Below the pieces are notes generated by a model. The model searched no databases, was not told where the DNA came from, and saw only the letters and a list, made by a program, of their open reading frames with translations. A DNA stretch of 59,808 bases, filler included. It is 4 parts of 4 records of this genome, joined end to end, with 100 filler letters (N's around TTAATTAATTAA, not from the genome) between each part and the next. Parts side by side here need not be neighbours in the genome. Positions count along the whole stretch, not along the records: positions 1 to 12,601 come from SRR22947727_4356; positions 12,702 to 32,593 come from SRR22947727_4357; 2 more parts are not named here. One strand, 5' to 3'. This document shows, piece after piece, positions 8,961-19,477 of the stretch; the first letter of the stretch is position 1, and each line of letters opens with the position of its first letter. Made by a program: the position numbers and the translations under genes.

Positions 8961-11345
8961 GTGAAACGACTTTTCTTCCTGCTCCTCGTATTTTTTCTTT
9001 TTCCGTTCGTGGCTCGAGCTGGATTGGATCAGGGAAAGTTGCTCAAAATTGATGCTGCAATTCAAACGGCGGTAAATCAGGGGAAAATTCCAGGTGGATT
9101 TTTCCGCTTGGAATCGAAGGGTGAAAAGCATCAGCAGGTTTTCGGTTCGCGAGCGAAAGTTCCGAAAACCGAGGCGATGACGGAAGACACGATTTTTGAT
9201 CTCGCGTCGCTTTCAAAAGTGCTTTCAACGGCCCCTTCGATTGTGCTTTTGGCGGAGCGCGGGAAGCTAGATCTCGATGCCAAGGTTTACACGATTCTTC
9301 CCGAATTTTTAGAAGGTGGCGTCCATGACTCTCCGAAAGACAAGACAGTCACCGCGGCGCACCGCAAAGATATCACGGTGAAGCATTTGCTGACTCATCG
9401 CTCCGGTCTACCAGCGGGGATCTCGATTCGGACGGAGAATTGGTGGGGCCACGACACGGGCGTCGGCAAAGCGATCCGTGCGGGGTTGATCGAAAAACCG
9501 GACTCGCGGTTCCGCTATTCAGACACGAATTACATCGTGCTCGGCGAGATCATTCGGCGAATTTCAGGACAGCGACTCGATGAATTTGCCGCGGAAAATC
9601 TGTTTATCCCGTTGAAAATGGAGGACACCGGTTACCGCCCCGATTTCACGCCGGATTCGCGCGTCGCCCCCACGACGACGATCGGAGCCTATGGTTCAAT
9701 CCGCGGTGAAGTTCACGATCCGGTAGCAAGGCGCATGCAAGGTGTCGCCGGACATGCGGGTGTATTTTCGACGATGGAAGACGTCTCCCGTTTTGTGAAA
9801 ATGCTGCTCAACGGCGGTATATTGGATGGAACACGCGTTTTCAAAAAAGAGACGGTGGATTTGATGCTGAGCAATCACATGCCTGATAAGCTCAACATGA
9901 AACGCGGGCTGGGATGGGATATTTCATCGCCGTTCGCCTATCAGCGCGGAGAGCGTTTCCCGCGTGAAGGGTTCGGCCACACCGGCTGGACCGGTACTTC
10001 AATCTGGGCAGATCCGGCGTCAAAATCGTTCCTGATTTTCCTATCGAACCGAAATCACCCGACGGAAGCCGGTCGCATCAAAGACCTTCGAATCGAACTG
10101 GGAACTCTGGCGGGCGAAGCGGTTGGGTATTCCGAAAAAGTGCCGCTTACACAATTTAAAACAAACGATGATGATTTCACTCAAGTGGCCGCCGATCCCC
10201 CGGCAGGTAGAGTTTACAATGGAATCGACACGTTGGTGCAGTCCGATTTCGCGGCGCTGCGCGGATTAAAAATCGGCCTGATCACCAATCACACGGGCGT
10301 GAATTTTGAGCACCGCGCGACGATTGATTTGCTGAATGAAGCGGACGGCGTCGAGTTGAAGGCGCTGTTTTCCCCCGAACACGGAATCCGCGGGAAGCTC
10401 GATCAGGATTCTATTGATGACGGGAAAGATCCGACCACAGGATCGCCGATTTACTCGCTCTACAAAGCCAATGAACGCAAGCCAACTGACTCACAGATCG
10501 CGGGAATTGATGCACTGGTTTTTGATATTCAGGACATCGGCTGCCGCTACTACACCTACGTTTCAACGATGGGAAATTGCATGGAAGCCGCCGCGAAACA
10601 CGGTAAGAAATTCGTTGTCCTGGATCGCGTCAATCCAATCGGCGGCGTGAAAGTCGATGGCCCGATTCGTTCCGGCGAAGGAAACGATTTTGTCGCCTAT
10701 CACGACATTTCAATCCAACACGGCATGACCGTTGGAGAGCTCGCCAAAATGTTTGTCGCTGAGAGGAAACTGAAACTCGATCTCACGGTTATCCCCGTAA
10801 AAAACTGGCGGCGCGTCATGCTTTTTGACGAAACGGGGCTGCCCTGGATCAATCCATCGCCGAACATGCGGAGTCTCACCGAAGCCATTCTATATCCGGG
10901 AATCGGGCTACTGGAATTCACGAATATTTCTGTGGGTCGCGGTACCCGGACGCCATTCGAGCTAATCGGTGCGCCATGGATCAGCGAAGGCAAACTTGTT
11001 GATGAACTCAATTCAGCCGGGCTTGAAGGCATCCGCTTCACCCCGATTCGATTTACCCCGGACGCTTCGGTTTATAAGAACGAAGACTGCGGCGGCGTCC
11101 GTTTTACAATCACCGACAGGAACAAAATCAGCCCCATTGATGTCGGCTTGGCGATCGCAACCGCAATCCACAAACGCTACCCCGAGACTTACAATTTGGC
11201 CGAAAAAGGAAATATCCTGATGCGCCACCAACCGAGTTTGAACGCACTTTTGAAAAGTCGCAGCCCGCAGAAAATTCGAAAAACGTGGGAGCCGGAGTTT
11301 GAGAGTTTTCAGAAACGCCGCGCGACGTTTTTGATCTACGAGTGA
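8961..11345 (+). CDS. Fusion of serine hydrolase (beta-lactamase class C/AmiE-like) and DUF1343 exo-beta-N-acetylmuramidase (NamZ-like)
   Basis: N-half: FDLASLSK (SxxK), LLTHRSGL, YSD, GHTGWTG. C-half: GLITNHTG, LFSPEHG, FDIQDIGCRYYTY, LDRVNP, PSPN, SVGRGT. Signal peptide from GTG 8961. Confidence 0.9.
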   Translation: MKRLFFLLLVFFLFPFVARAGLDQGKLLKIDAAIQTAVNQGKIPGGFFRLESKGEKHQQVFGSRAKVPKTEAMTEDTIFDLASLSKVLSTAPSIVLLAERGKLDLDAKVYTILPEFLEGGVHDSPKDKTVTAAHRKDITVKHLLTHRSGLPAGISIRTENWWGHDTGVGKAIRAGLIEKPDSRFRYSDTNYIVLGEIIRRISGQRLDEFAAENLFIPLKMEDTGYRPDFTPDSRVAPTTTIGAYGSIRGEVHDPVARRMQGVAGHAGVFSTMEDVSRFVKMLLNGGILDGTRVFKKETVDLMLSNHMPDKLNMKRGLGWDISSPFAYQRGERFPREGFGHTGWTGTSIWADPASKSFLIFLSNRNHPTEAGRIKDLRIELGTLAGEAVGYSEKVPLTQFKTNDDDFTQVAADPPAGRVYNGIDTLVQSDFAALRGLKIGLITNHTGVNFEHRATIDLLNEADGVELKALFSPEHGIRGKLDQDSIDDGKDPTTGSPIYSLYKANERKPTDSQIAGIDALVFDIQDIGCRYYTYVSTMGNCMEAAAKHGKKFVVLDRVNPIGGVKVDGPIRSGEGNDFVAYHDISIQHGMTVGELAKMFVAERKLKLDLTVIPVKNWRRVMLFDETGLPWINPSPNMRSLTEAILYPGIGLLEFTNISVGRGTRTPFELIGAPWISEGKLVDELNSAGLEGIRFTPIRFTPDASVYKNEDCGGVRFTITDRNKISPIDVGLAIATAIHKRYPETYNLAEKGNILMRHQPSLNALLKSRSPQKIRKTWEPEFESFQKRRATFLIYE

Positions 11346-11354
11346 AATGCAGCG

Positions 11355-12601
11355 CTAGCGGAACGGCCAGAAAATAGGGATCAGTATCGAAGCGACGACC
11401 CACAAGATCAAATTCAAGGGGACGCCGATTTTTGGAAAGTCGGTAAATTTGTAACCGCCCGCTCCGTAGACATAAGTATTGGTTTGATAGCCGATCGGAG
11501 TCGCAAAACTCGCGCTGCAGCCGAACATCATGGCGATGATAAATGGCCGCGGATCGACTCCCATTTCGCCGAGGTATTCGACTTTTGATGCCATTCCAAT
11601 CACGATGGGCGTAAGCAGCGCAGCCACAGCATTATTGGAAATCAGCTCCGTCAGAGTCGAACTGAGGAGATAAACAACGGCCAGGATGACAAAGGGCGAA
11701 AATCGGCCAAACACCGTCATAATGCCACCAACCAACTGCTCAGCAGCGCCGCTTTGCTCCATCGCCATGCCGACGCCGAGCATTCCGAAAATGAGGAACA
11801 CAATATTCCAATGCACCGCTTCATAAGCCTGCGGAGCACTGAGGCAGCGGAGCAGAATCATCGCCAATGCTGCCAGAATTGCCAACGCAGGAATTGGCAT
11901 CAGCTTAAAACTCGCGCCGAACACAAAGGCGGCTGCCACGCCAACACCGAGCCATACTTTAGTCGGATCTATTTTGATTTCCGGAGGCTCGGTGATCGTT
12001 ACAAAATCACGCTCACGCTGAAGCTTATTAATCGAATCAACAGGCCCTTCCATCAGCAGCGTGTCGCCAAACTCCAAGCGCAACGTCGAAAAATCTTTGT
12101 TCAAATTCACGCCCTGCCGATGAATTGCGATCACGTGAACGCCAAAGTCCCTGCGGAATCCGATTTGCTGAAGTGTCTTCCCAACCATTCTCGACCGCGG
12201 GCCGATGATCCCCTCAATCAATTTCAATTCACGGGACTCCAATTCCTTCAAATTTAAATGCTTTTGTTCATCAAACCGAATCCCTTCAGTCTCACGTAAT
12301 TTCTGAATACTCGTGCCATGAAGCGTGATCAGAAGGCGGTCCCGCTCCTGGATTTCAAGTTTATCGAGAGGCGTTTTTAATACGCGCCCTTTTCGCCGAA
12401 CTTCCAAAACCTGGGCGCTCGAGAACTCCTTCAAAAAGGTTTCTGTGAGTGGTTTTCCAATCAATTCCGAATCAGGCTCGACCTGAAATTGAGTCAAAAA
12501 ATCACGCGATTCAGCCGGAGCGATCAGCTCGGCAAGCGAACTCCGGTTGGGCAACAGCTTTCGCCCGATCGTCAGTAAATACACAAAACCAATAACGGCA
12601 T
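11355..12601 (-). CDS. SLC13/CitMHS-type permease with TrkA-C domains (5' truncated by contig end)
   Basis: Two TrkA-C domains, ISNNAVAALLTPI, SASFATPIGYQTN...GAGGYKFTDF. Confidence 0.9.
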
Positions 12602-12701
12602 NNNNNNNNNNNNNNNNNNNNNNNNNNNNNNNNNNNNNNNNNNNNTTAATTAATTAANNNNNNNNNNNNNNNNNNNNNNNNNNNNNNNNNNNNNNNNNNN
12701 N
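12602..12701. other. Artificial contig linker
   Basis: N44-TTAATTAATTAA-N44 (stops in all six frames). Confidence 0.98.
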
Positions 12702-13792
12702 CGATCGCGTAAATTTACTCCCCTCCGATGCACCGCAAGAATCAAGACACCGAATCGTTGGCGAAAGTTCAGCTGTGTTAAACTTTTACCCGCCAAGCGC
12801 GAGCCAGGACCGACGATACCTTCCATGAGCACGGCTGATTCTGTCCGAACATGATCAAGCCCGAGTTCACCTTGGGGCGACAGATCGAGTCCTGTGGTGT
12901 CGTTCAATTCCATGACTCCCGCCGCCCGGGTTTTCATGACAATTTGGTCTCCTCCTTGAAAAACCAGTTCGTTCAAGGCGATCGGAACCGGGCGACCATC
13001 CCGTACAACCTCAATAATCCGAAGCTCGCGCCGTTTGGCGAAAGGAGAGTCGGGAAAGGCTTTTCCGACAAGTGGGGAATCTCCCGCAATATGAGCTTGA
13101 GTCAGAAATTCGTGGCCCGGTTCCGAATCAAACAGCGTCGAGAGAGTGACGCGGTCCGGAATCAACTTGGTCCCGCCGCACATCAAATAGATCAATGTGA
13201 TTGCGACGAAGAAAATCCCCAGCTTTCCGACTTCGAACATTCCAAAAGGCTCGATTCCTGCATCAGCCGCAATGCCCGACGCGATGAGGTTCGTCGACGT
13301 TCCGATAATGGTGCAGGTACCGCCGACGATCGCAGCATAACTCAACGGAATGAGAAATTTTGACGCCTTGTGGTCATACTTCCGGCAATGACGAAGGATG
13401 ATCGGAAGGAAAACCACCACTACCGGAGTGTTGTTCACAAACGCCGATAAAAAGGCGACGATAAAAAGTAAAACCGCCAGAATCCGTACCGGATTATTCG
13501 TTCCCGCCATCTTTTCAAAACGGCCGGCAAGCAGTTCAATCAAACCGGTCCGTTCCAAAACGGCGCTCATAATAAACATAGCGGCCACCGTAATTGGAGC
13601 CGAACTGCCGAAAACGGACATGGCTTTCGATGGGCTCAATATCCCAGCCAAAACCAGAATGATAAAGGCGCTCATCGCCGTCAGATCTGGAGAAATCCAT
13701 TCTTTCAGGAATGAAATGAAGACCAGAACGATGATCACGCAGGTGAGCATCGGTTGCCAATACGTGGCGAAAAATGTGAGGAATGCGTCCAT
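12702..13792 (-). CDS. Second SLC13 permease with TrkA-C domains (3' truncated by contig end)
   Basis: SAFVNNTPVVVVFLP, LSYAAIVGGTCTIIGTSTNL, then TrkA-C domains. Confidence 0.9.
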
Positions 13793-13806
13793 TTTAGTTG
13801 AGAGAT

Positions 13807-13849
13807 CAAATCAACCCTATTGAGTCGTCGAATCAACCCTGTTGGTTCG
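13807..13849. repeat. Direct pair of 21-bp REP-like palindromes (both reverse orientation)
   Basis: caaatcaaccctattgagtcg + t + cgaatcaaccctgttggttcg. Confidence 0.8.
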
Positions 13850-13969
13850 TGAAAGATTCAATTTTCGAAAAATACATGTCGAAGCTTCTGTTTTGGACAA
13901 TCATAATTCGGCGGATGCACGCTGAAATCGGATTTGCAAAAAATTCGCGATTCCTGTTCAATCCCCGCC

Positions 13970-15820
13970 ATGGAAACTCTTGCAATCGCGTTGGGAGCTT
14001 TAGTGCTCTATCTCATCGCCTACAACACTTACGGAAAATGGCTTGCCCGGAAGATCTTTAAATTGGATCCCGACGCTCAGGTTCCCAGTGTCGCTTTGAA
14101 TGACGATCAAGATTTTGTTCCGACAAAAAAATCAGTGATTTTCGGCCACCACTTCACATCAATCGCCGGAACGGGTCCGATCGTGGGCCCCGCGCTCGCG
14201 GTGATTTGGGGATGGGTTCCCGCGTTGTTGTGGGTGCTTTTTGGATCGATTTTTATCGGAGCGGTTCACGATTTCGGAGCATTGGTCGTCAGTTTGCGAA
14301 ATCGCGGCCAAACCGTCGGTGATATCGCGGGCCGCGTCCTGGCTCCGAGGACTCGAGTCTTGTTTCTTTCTATTCTCTTTCTCGCGCTGACGATTGTTCT
14401 GGCGATTTTCGGCTTGGTCATCGCTGCGGTTTTCAAACAATACCCCGCCTCGATCTTTCCCTGCCTGGTGCAAATTCCGCTGGCAGTTATCATCGGGACT
14501 TGGTTTCACCGAAAAGGGGTCAATCTGCTGATTCCGTCGTTGATCACACTCGGGTTGATGTATCTGACTGTTTTTTACGGCAACGTCGGATTTCTTGGGG
14601 AGTTCAATGAAATGCTGGCCGGATGGTCAATCATGACGTGGGTCGTCGTATTGCTGGTTTACAGTTACATCGCTTCCGTATTGCCAGTCTGGACGCTGTT
14701 GCAGCCGCGTGATTTCATCAATAGCCTCCAACTGCTCAGCGTGATTGGGTTGGTGGTGATCGGTCTGGTTGTCGCCGGTTTGGTCGGCGGAGCGCCCGTG
14801 ACAGAGGGTGGGGTTCGCCCGGCGCTGGAAATTGTCGCCCCGGCGGTCCGTTGGAGTGTTCCCGGCGCACCCTGGATTTTTCCCTTTTTGTTTGTGACGA
14901 TCGCCTGTGGTGCGATTTCCGGATTTCACTGCCTTGTTTCCAGCGGTACTTCATCGAAACAGATTGAAAAAGAAACCGATGCTCAATTTGTGGGATATGG
15001 ATCGATGCTCACTGAAGGATTCCTCGCGGTGATCGTCATTCTCGCCTGTGTGGCAGGAATTGGAATGGGAATAGCCGGCGGTGAAGGCGGAGCCACCGTA
15101 TCAGGCGCAGAAGCCTACGACATGCGATACGCGACCTGGGGTGCCGCCAAAGGGCTTGGTGCAAAAGTAGGTGCCTTTGTTGAGGGCAGCGCAAATTTCC
15201 TGAAAGCTTTGGGAATCAATCCTGCATTCGCCGTTGCGTTGATGGGTGTTTTTGTCGCAAGTTTTGCCGCGACCACCCTCGATACCGCCTGCCGATTGCA
15301 GCGTTATGTGACTCAGGAACTCGCTGCTACGATCAAACTAAAAGCACTGACCAACAAACACGCAGCGACGATTTTTGCGATTGTGATCGCCGGTGTCATC
15401 GCTGCAATGCCTGCGGTGAAGGGCACGGAATGGGAATGGGTAACTGCAGGAAAAGGCGGGCTGCTTCTGTGGCCGCTCTTTGGGGCGACCAACCAGCTGC
15501 TTGGCGGGTTGGCTTTCTTGGTGATTTCTTTCTGGATGTGGCGTCGCAAACTCCCCGTCTGGTTTGTCGTCTTGCCGATGATCTTTATGCTGATCCTGCC
15601 CGCCGTAGCGATGGTATTGAATACCTTTGTTGGTGAGAATTCTTATTGGGCGCAAAAAAATTGGGTGCTCTTCTTTTTCGGAATTGTGACGATGGCTCTC
15701 GAGGCATGGATGATCGTCGAAGCCTTCATCGCCTGGCCCAAAGCCAAGGGAGTTCTTGAGCCTCAGCTCGATCCGCTTCCGGCAACTGGTAACGTGAATG
15801 AAGGCGGTCGGAGTTGTTGA
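13970..15820 (+). CDS. cstA: Carbon starvation protein A family transporter
   Basis: FGHHFTSIAGTGPIVGP, GAVHDF, LLQPRD, FVTIACGAISGFH, TTLDTACRL, WPLFGATNQLL. Confidence 0.95.
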   Translation: METLAIALGALVLYLIAYNTYGKWLARKIFKLDPDAQVPSVALNDDQDFVPTKKSVIFGHHFTSIAGTGPIVGPALAVIWGWVPALLWVLFGSIFIGAVHDFGALVVSLRNRGQTVGDIAGRVLAPRTRVLFLSILFLALTIVLAIFGLVIAAVFKQYPASIFPCLVQIPLAVIIGTWFHRKGVNLLIPSLITLGLMYLTVFYGNVGFLGEFNEMLAGWSIMTWVVVLLVYSYIASVLPVWTLLQPRDFINSLQLLSVIGLVVIGLVVAGLVGGAPVTEGGVRPALEIVAPAVRWSVPGAPWIFPFLFVTIACGAISGFHCLVSSGTSSKQIEKETDAQFVGYGSMLTEGFLAVIVILACVAGIGMGIAGGEGGATVSGAEAYDMRYATWGAAKGLGAKVGAFVEGSANFLKALGINPAFAVALMGVFVASFAATTLDTACRLQRYVTQELAATIKLKALTNKHAATIFAIVIAGVIAAMPAVKGTEWEWVTAGKGGLLLWPLFGATNQLLGGLAFLVISFWMWRRKLPVWFVVLPMIFMLILPAVAMVLNTFVGENSYWAQKNWVLFFFGIVTMALEAWMIVEAFIAWPKAKGVLEPQLDPLPATGNVNEGGRSC

Positions 15821-15899
15821 ATGATTTAGCGATGACGGAGGAAAAATCGTCCCGAATGAGATTTTTATCGTAATCTTTTTTTAGAACGACTGTCTCCAC

Positions 15900-17126
15900 A
15901 TGCCAGAATTCAACATCGATAAAATCCGCGCCGCCTTTCCGATTCTTTCGCGAGAGATCGGCAACAAGCCTCTGGTCTACCTGGACAGCGGAGCCACCGC
16001 GCAAAAACCCAAAGCGGTGATTGATCGGCTGACGCATTTTTACGAGTTCGAAAATGCCAACATTCATCGCGGGGTGCATTACCTGTCGATGAATGCCACG
16101 ACGGAGTATGACGAGGCGCGCGAAACCATAGCTAAAGCCATTGGTGCACCAAAAGTCGAGGAAGTCATTTTCACGCGAGGCGCAACGGAATCGGTCAACT
16201 TGGTTTCCAATGGATTGTCAGAAACGCTCGTCGAAGGCGACGAAATCGTTCTCACTCTGATGGAGCATCACGCGAATTTTGTGCCGTGGCAGATTTTGGC
16301 CGAAAAAAAGGGGCTAACCCTGAAATTCGCAAACGTCACGGACACCGGCGAAATCGACATGGAGCATTGGAAAAGCTTGTTTTCTTCAAAAACGAAACTC
16401 GCGACGTTCACTCACGTTTCCAACGCCCTTGGGACGATCAATCCGGTCAAAGAAATGACGGCTTTTGCAAAAGATAAGAGCGATGCGCTGGTTCTTATCG
16501 ACGGCGCGCAGGCGGTTCCTCATGGAAAAGTAAACATCTCCGATCTTGGTTGCGACTTCTACGTTTTCTCCGGCCACAAAGTGTTTGGTCCTGATGGAAT
16601 CGGTATTCTCTGGGGACGGGGCGAATTGCTCAACGCGTTCCAGCCATTTCAGTCGGGTGGCGACATGATTGAGCACGTTTCTGTTTCCGGCACAACGTTT
16701 CGTCAGATCCCCGAGCGTTTCGAGGCCGGCACCCCCAATATTTCCGGGGCAATCGGTTTGGCTGCGGCCTTTGATTACATGGAAAACGAAGTGGGCTGGG
16801 AAGCTGCCGAAGCGCATGAGCAATCCATTTTGAAATACGCCACCGAGCGTCTCAGTGAAATCGAAGGGCTCCACATTCGGGGAACCGCTCCTGACAAAGT
16901 CGGTGTGATTTCATTCACGATGGATTCGGCTCATCCTCACGACATTGGGACGATTCTCGATACCTGTGGAGTTGCTATTCGAGCGGGGCATCACTGTGCT
17001 CAGCCGCTCATGGAGCATTACAAGATTGCCGGAACGGCGAGGGCTTCGCTCGCTTTTTATAACAATCGCGAAGACATCGACGCGCTCATCACCGGGCTTG
17101 AAAAAGTTCAGCGCTTTTTTGGTTAA
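15900..17126 (+). CDS. sufS: SufS-family cysteine desulfurase
   Basis: YLDSGATAQKP, EHHANFVPW, FSGHK (PLP Lys), RAGHHCAQP. Confidence 0.96.
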   Translation: MPEFNIDKIRAAFPILSREIGNKPLVYLDSGATAQKPKAVIDRLTHFYEFENANIHRGVHYLSMNATTEYDEARETIAKAIGAPKVEEVIFTRGATESVNLVSNGLSETLVEGDEIVLTLMEHHANFVPWQILAEKKGLTLKFANVTDTGEIDMEHWKSLFSSKTKLATFTHVSNALGTINPVKEMTAFAKDKSDALVLIDGAQAVPHGKVNISDLGCDFYVFSGHKVFGPDGIGILWGRGELLNAFQPFQSGGDMIEHVSVSGTTFRQIPERFEAGTPNISGAIGLAAAFDYMENEVGWEAAEAHEQSILKYATERLSEIEGLHIRGTAPDKVGVISFTMDSAHPHDIGTILDTCGVAIRAGHHCAQPLMEHYKIAGTARASLAFYNNREDIDALITGLEKVQRFFG

Positions 17127-17198
17127 CCGTCAGTTCATCGGTTTTGGCATCAGCGATTGAGATGACAAGCTGAACGACTGAGTTATCTTCAACAACAC

Positions 17199-17657
17199 AT
17201 GGACGATCTCGACGATTTGTATCAGGAAATTATTCTCAGCCACAACAAAAGGCCGAGAAATGAGGGAGAATTGAACCCGCATGATCACGAGGCGGAAGGC
17301 TACAACCCGCTTTGTGGAGATCGTCTGCAAGTCTACGTTCGTGGCGGCTCTGATCAAATCGAAGCCGTGCAATTTACCGGCGAAGGGTGCGCGATTTCAC
17401 GCGCGTCCGCATCAATGATGACCGAATCGGTAAAATCTCTCGGCGGTGCAGAACTGGAAGCAAAAATCGCCGAAGTGCTCCAAATTTTGACGGCAAAAGA
17501 GGAGCCTACGGTGGATCCATTCGAGATGGGCGAGTTGGCTGCTTTGGTTGGCGTTCGGAAATTTCCACCACGCGTCAAATGTGCGACACTCGCCTGGCAC
17601 ACGTTGCAAGCAGCGCTGAGAGATAAAAATTCGATCTCGACCGAGTCGGACGACTGA
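17199..17657 (+). CDS. sufU: SUF system NifU-family Fe-S assembly protein
   Basis: LYQEIIL, NPLCGD, GCAISRASASMM, RVKCATLAWH; directly after sufS. Confidence 0.94.
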   Translation: MDDLDDLYQEIILSHNKRPRNEGELNPHDHEAEGYNPLCGDRLQVYVRGGSDQIEAVQFTGEGCAISRASASMMTESVKSLGGAELEAKIAEVLQILTAKEEPTVDPFEMGELAALVGVRKFPPRVKCATLAWHTLQAALRDKNSISTESDD

Positions 17658-17665
17658 TTCTTTTT

Positions 17666-17708
17666 CAATCCAACAGGGGCTTCTCATCGATCCTACCCTA
17701 TTGGTTCG
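17666..17708. repeat. Degenerate inverted pair of 21-bp REP-like palindromes
   Basis: caatccaacaggggcttctca + t + cgatcctaccctattggttcg. Confidence 0.65.
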
Positions 17709-17769
17709 ATTTCGTGATTTTTAATGAAATAAAATCGACACGTCGATGTGATTTTCATACGATTAGCGC

Positions 17770-19044
17770 ATGGGCTCTGGCGACGGGATCAAAATGCAGG
17801 AGATTTCGAGAAATAAAAAGGTTCCGAAAAACGTCGCTAACGTTTCTGACGGGAGCTATCTCCAAACCGTGATCGACAATCTCCCGGTCGCGCTCTTTGC
17901 CAAAGATGCAGGTGACGACTTTCGGTTTGTGCTTTGGAATAAAGAACAGGAACGGGTCACGACGATTCCTCGTGAAAAAGCACTTGGGAAAGTAGATTCT
18001 CAGATTTTTTCCGCTGAAATTGCGGAGTATTTTCGGGATGTTGATCGAGCGGTGGTGAAGCGGGGAAAGAAAGTGGTGATCGCGGAGGAAATTATCGATA
18101 CCGACGAGGGAGGGGAAATCTATCTGAAAACGGTGAAAGTGCCGATTCGTGACGAAGAGCGAGATCGGACGCTGCTTGTGGGAATCAGTGAGGACATCAC
18201 CGAGCGCGTCGAAGCGAGGGAGCAGCTGAAAAAGCTGAATGAAAATTTATTCGAAAAAAATAAAGAGCTGGAATCAACCCAGATGCAGTTGATTCAGGCT
18301 GCGAAAATGGAGTCGATCGGCCGACTTGCTGCGGGCGTCGCCCACGAGGTGAAAAACCCACTCGCGATGCTTTTGATGGGTGTGGAGTATCTCGATTCAG
18401 GAATCGATCCGGATGATGAAAATATCGAAATTATCTTGAATGAAATGCGCGAGGCGATTGAGCGGGCAGACGACATTGTCCGCGGACTGGTCGATTTTTC
18501 TTCGGATCGACAACTTGCGAAGGAAGAAACGGAATTGGAAAGTTTGATCAATCACATCCTTTTATTAACTCGTCACGAGCTGACACGGAGTTCGGTAAGT
18601 GTAAAAACGACCTTCGATAAAAATTTACCTACGGCGTTACTCGATTCCCGGAAATTCGAGCAAGTCATGATCAATCTGATTTTGAATGCAATCCACGCGA
18701 TGAAGGATATCAAGTCTCGGAAGATATCGATCAATGTTTCAAAAGAGGAAATCGAAGAGGCTTCTTTAGATGTCGGTGCCCGAACCGCGCGTAAATTTCG
18801 TCTCGGTGATACCGTGATTCATATTGATTTGAAAGACAATGGGACGGGGATTTCGAATGAGGATATCGAGAAAGTTTTTGATCCCTTTTTCACCACGAAA
18901 TCGACTGGCGTTGGCACAGGTCTTGGTTTGTCAGTCGTCCGCAAAATTGTGGAATTGCATGGCGGTGAGATTTCGATACGCAATCGCATTCTCAAAAAAG
19001 GGGCCCATGTCCGGATAACGCTGGTGGCACCCCGCAGTCTTTGA
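17770..19044 (+). CDS. Cytoplasmic PAS-domain sensor histidine kinase
   Basis: PAS/PAC (VGISEDITE), H-box AHEVKNPL, N-box NLILNA, DNGTG, FDPFFTTK, GTGLGL; no TM helix seen. Confidence 0.93.
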   Translation: MGSGDGIKMQEISRNKKVPKNVANVSDGSYLQTVIDNLPVALFAKDAGDDFRFVLWNKEQERVTTIPREKALGKVDSQIFSAEIAEYFRDVDRAVVKRGKKVVIAEEIIDTDEGGEIYLKTVKVPIRDEERDRTLLVGISEDITERVEAREQLKKLNENLFEKNKELESTQMQLIQAAKMESIGRLAAGVAHEVKNPLAMLLMGVEYLDSGIDPDDENIEIILNEMREAIERADDIVRGLVDFSSDRQLAKEETELESLINHILLLTRHELTRSSVSVKTTFDKNLPTALLDSRKFEQVMINLILNAIHAMKDIKSRKISINVSKEEIEEASLDVGARTARKFRLGDTVIHIDLKDNGTGISNEDIEKVFDPFFTTKSTGVGTGLGLSVVRKIVELHGGEISIRNRILKKGAHVRITLVAPRSL

Positions 19045-19087
19045 AATTTGAAAACCTCAAGAAACTTAACTCAAACACAAACAACTC

Positions 19088-19477
19088 ATGGCACACAAAG
19101 TTCTCGCGATTGATGACGAAGCAGGTTTCACCCGTCTCTTAAAAATGAACCTCGAAAAAGACGGGCTTTACGAAGTCCGGGTGGAAAATGATTCGAACAT
19201 TGCCCTGAAAGCGGCCCTAGAATTTATGCCGGATGTGATTCTGCTCGATCTCGTGATGCCGGGCATGGATGGCGGTGATGTCTCCGCGCTTTTTCAGACG
19301 AAGCCGCAATTGAAAGATATTCCGATTATCATGCTGACCGCGCTGATATCCCAGGGCGAAACCAGTGAAGATGCCGTTGCATTGGCCGGAGGAAATCCTG
19401 TATTGCCGAAACCGGTGAAACTGGACACGCTCATTGCCTGCATCGAAGAAGTTCTTAAAGGAAGCGCAGCGAGTTAA
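19088..19477 (+). CDS. Single-domain response regulator (REC)
   Basis: VLAIDDE, ILLDLVMPGMDG, IIMLTA, KP. Confidence 0.93.
   Translation: MAHKVLAIDDEAGFTRLLKMNLEKDGLYEVRVENDSNIALKAALEFMPDVILLDLVMPGMDGGDVSALFQTKPQLKDIPIIMLTALISQGETSEDAVALAGGNPVLPKPVKLDTLIACIEEVLKGSAAS

Noticed and set aside
8942..8961. Extra single copy of the 21-bp repeat (cgatcgaacaggtttaatcg)
   Set aside because: Too degenerate and unpaired; not counted.
12602..12701. TTAATTAATTAA as a biological palindrome or att site
   Set aside because: Identical, N-padded and repeated three times: an assembly linker.
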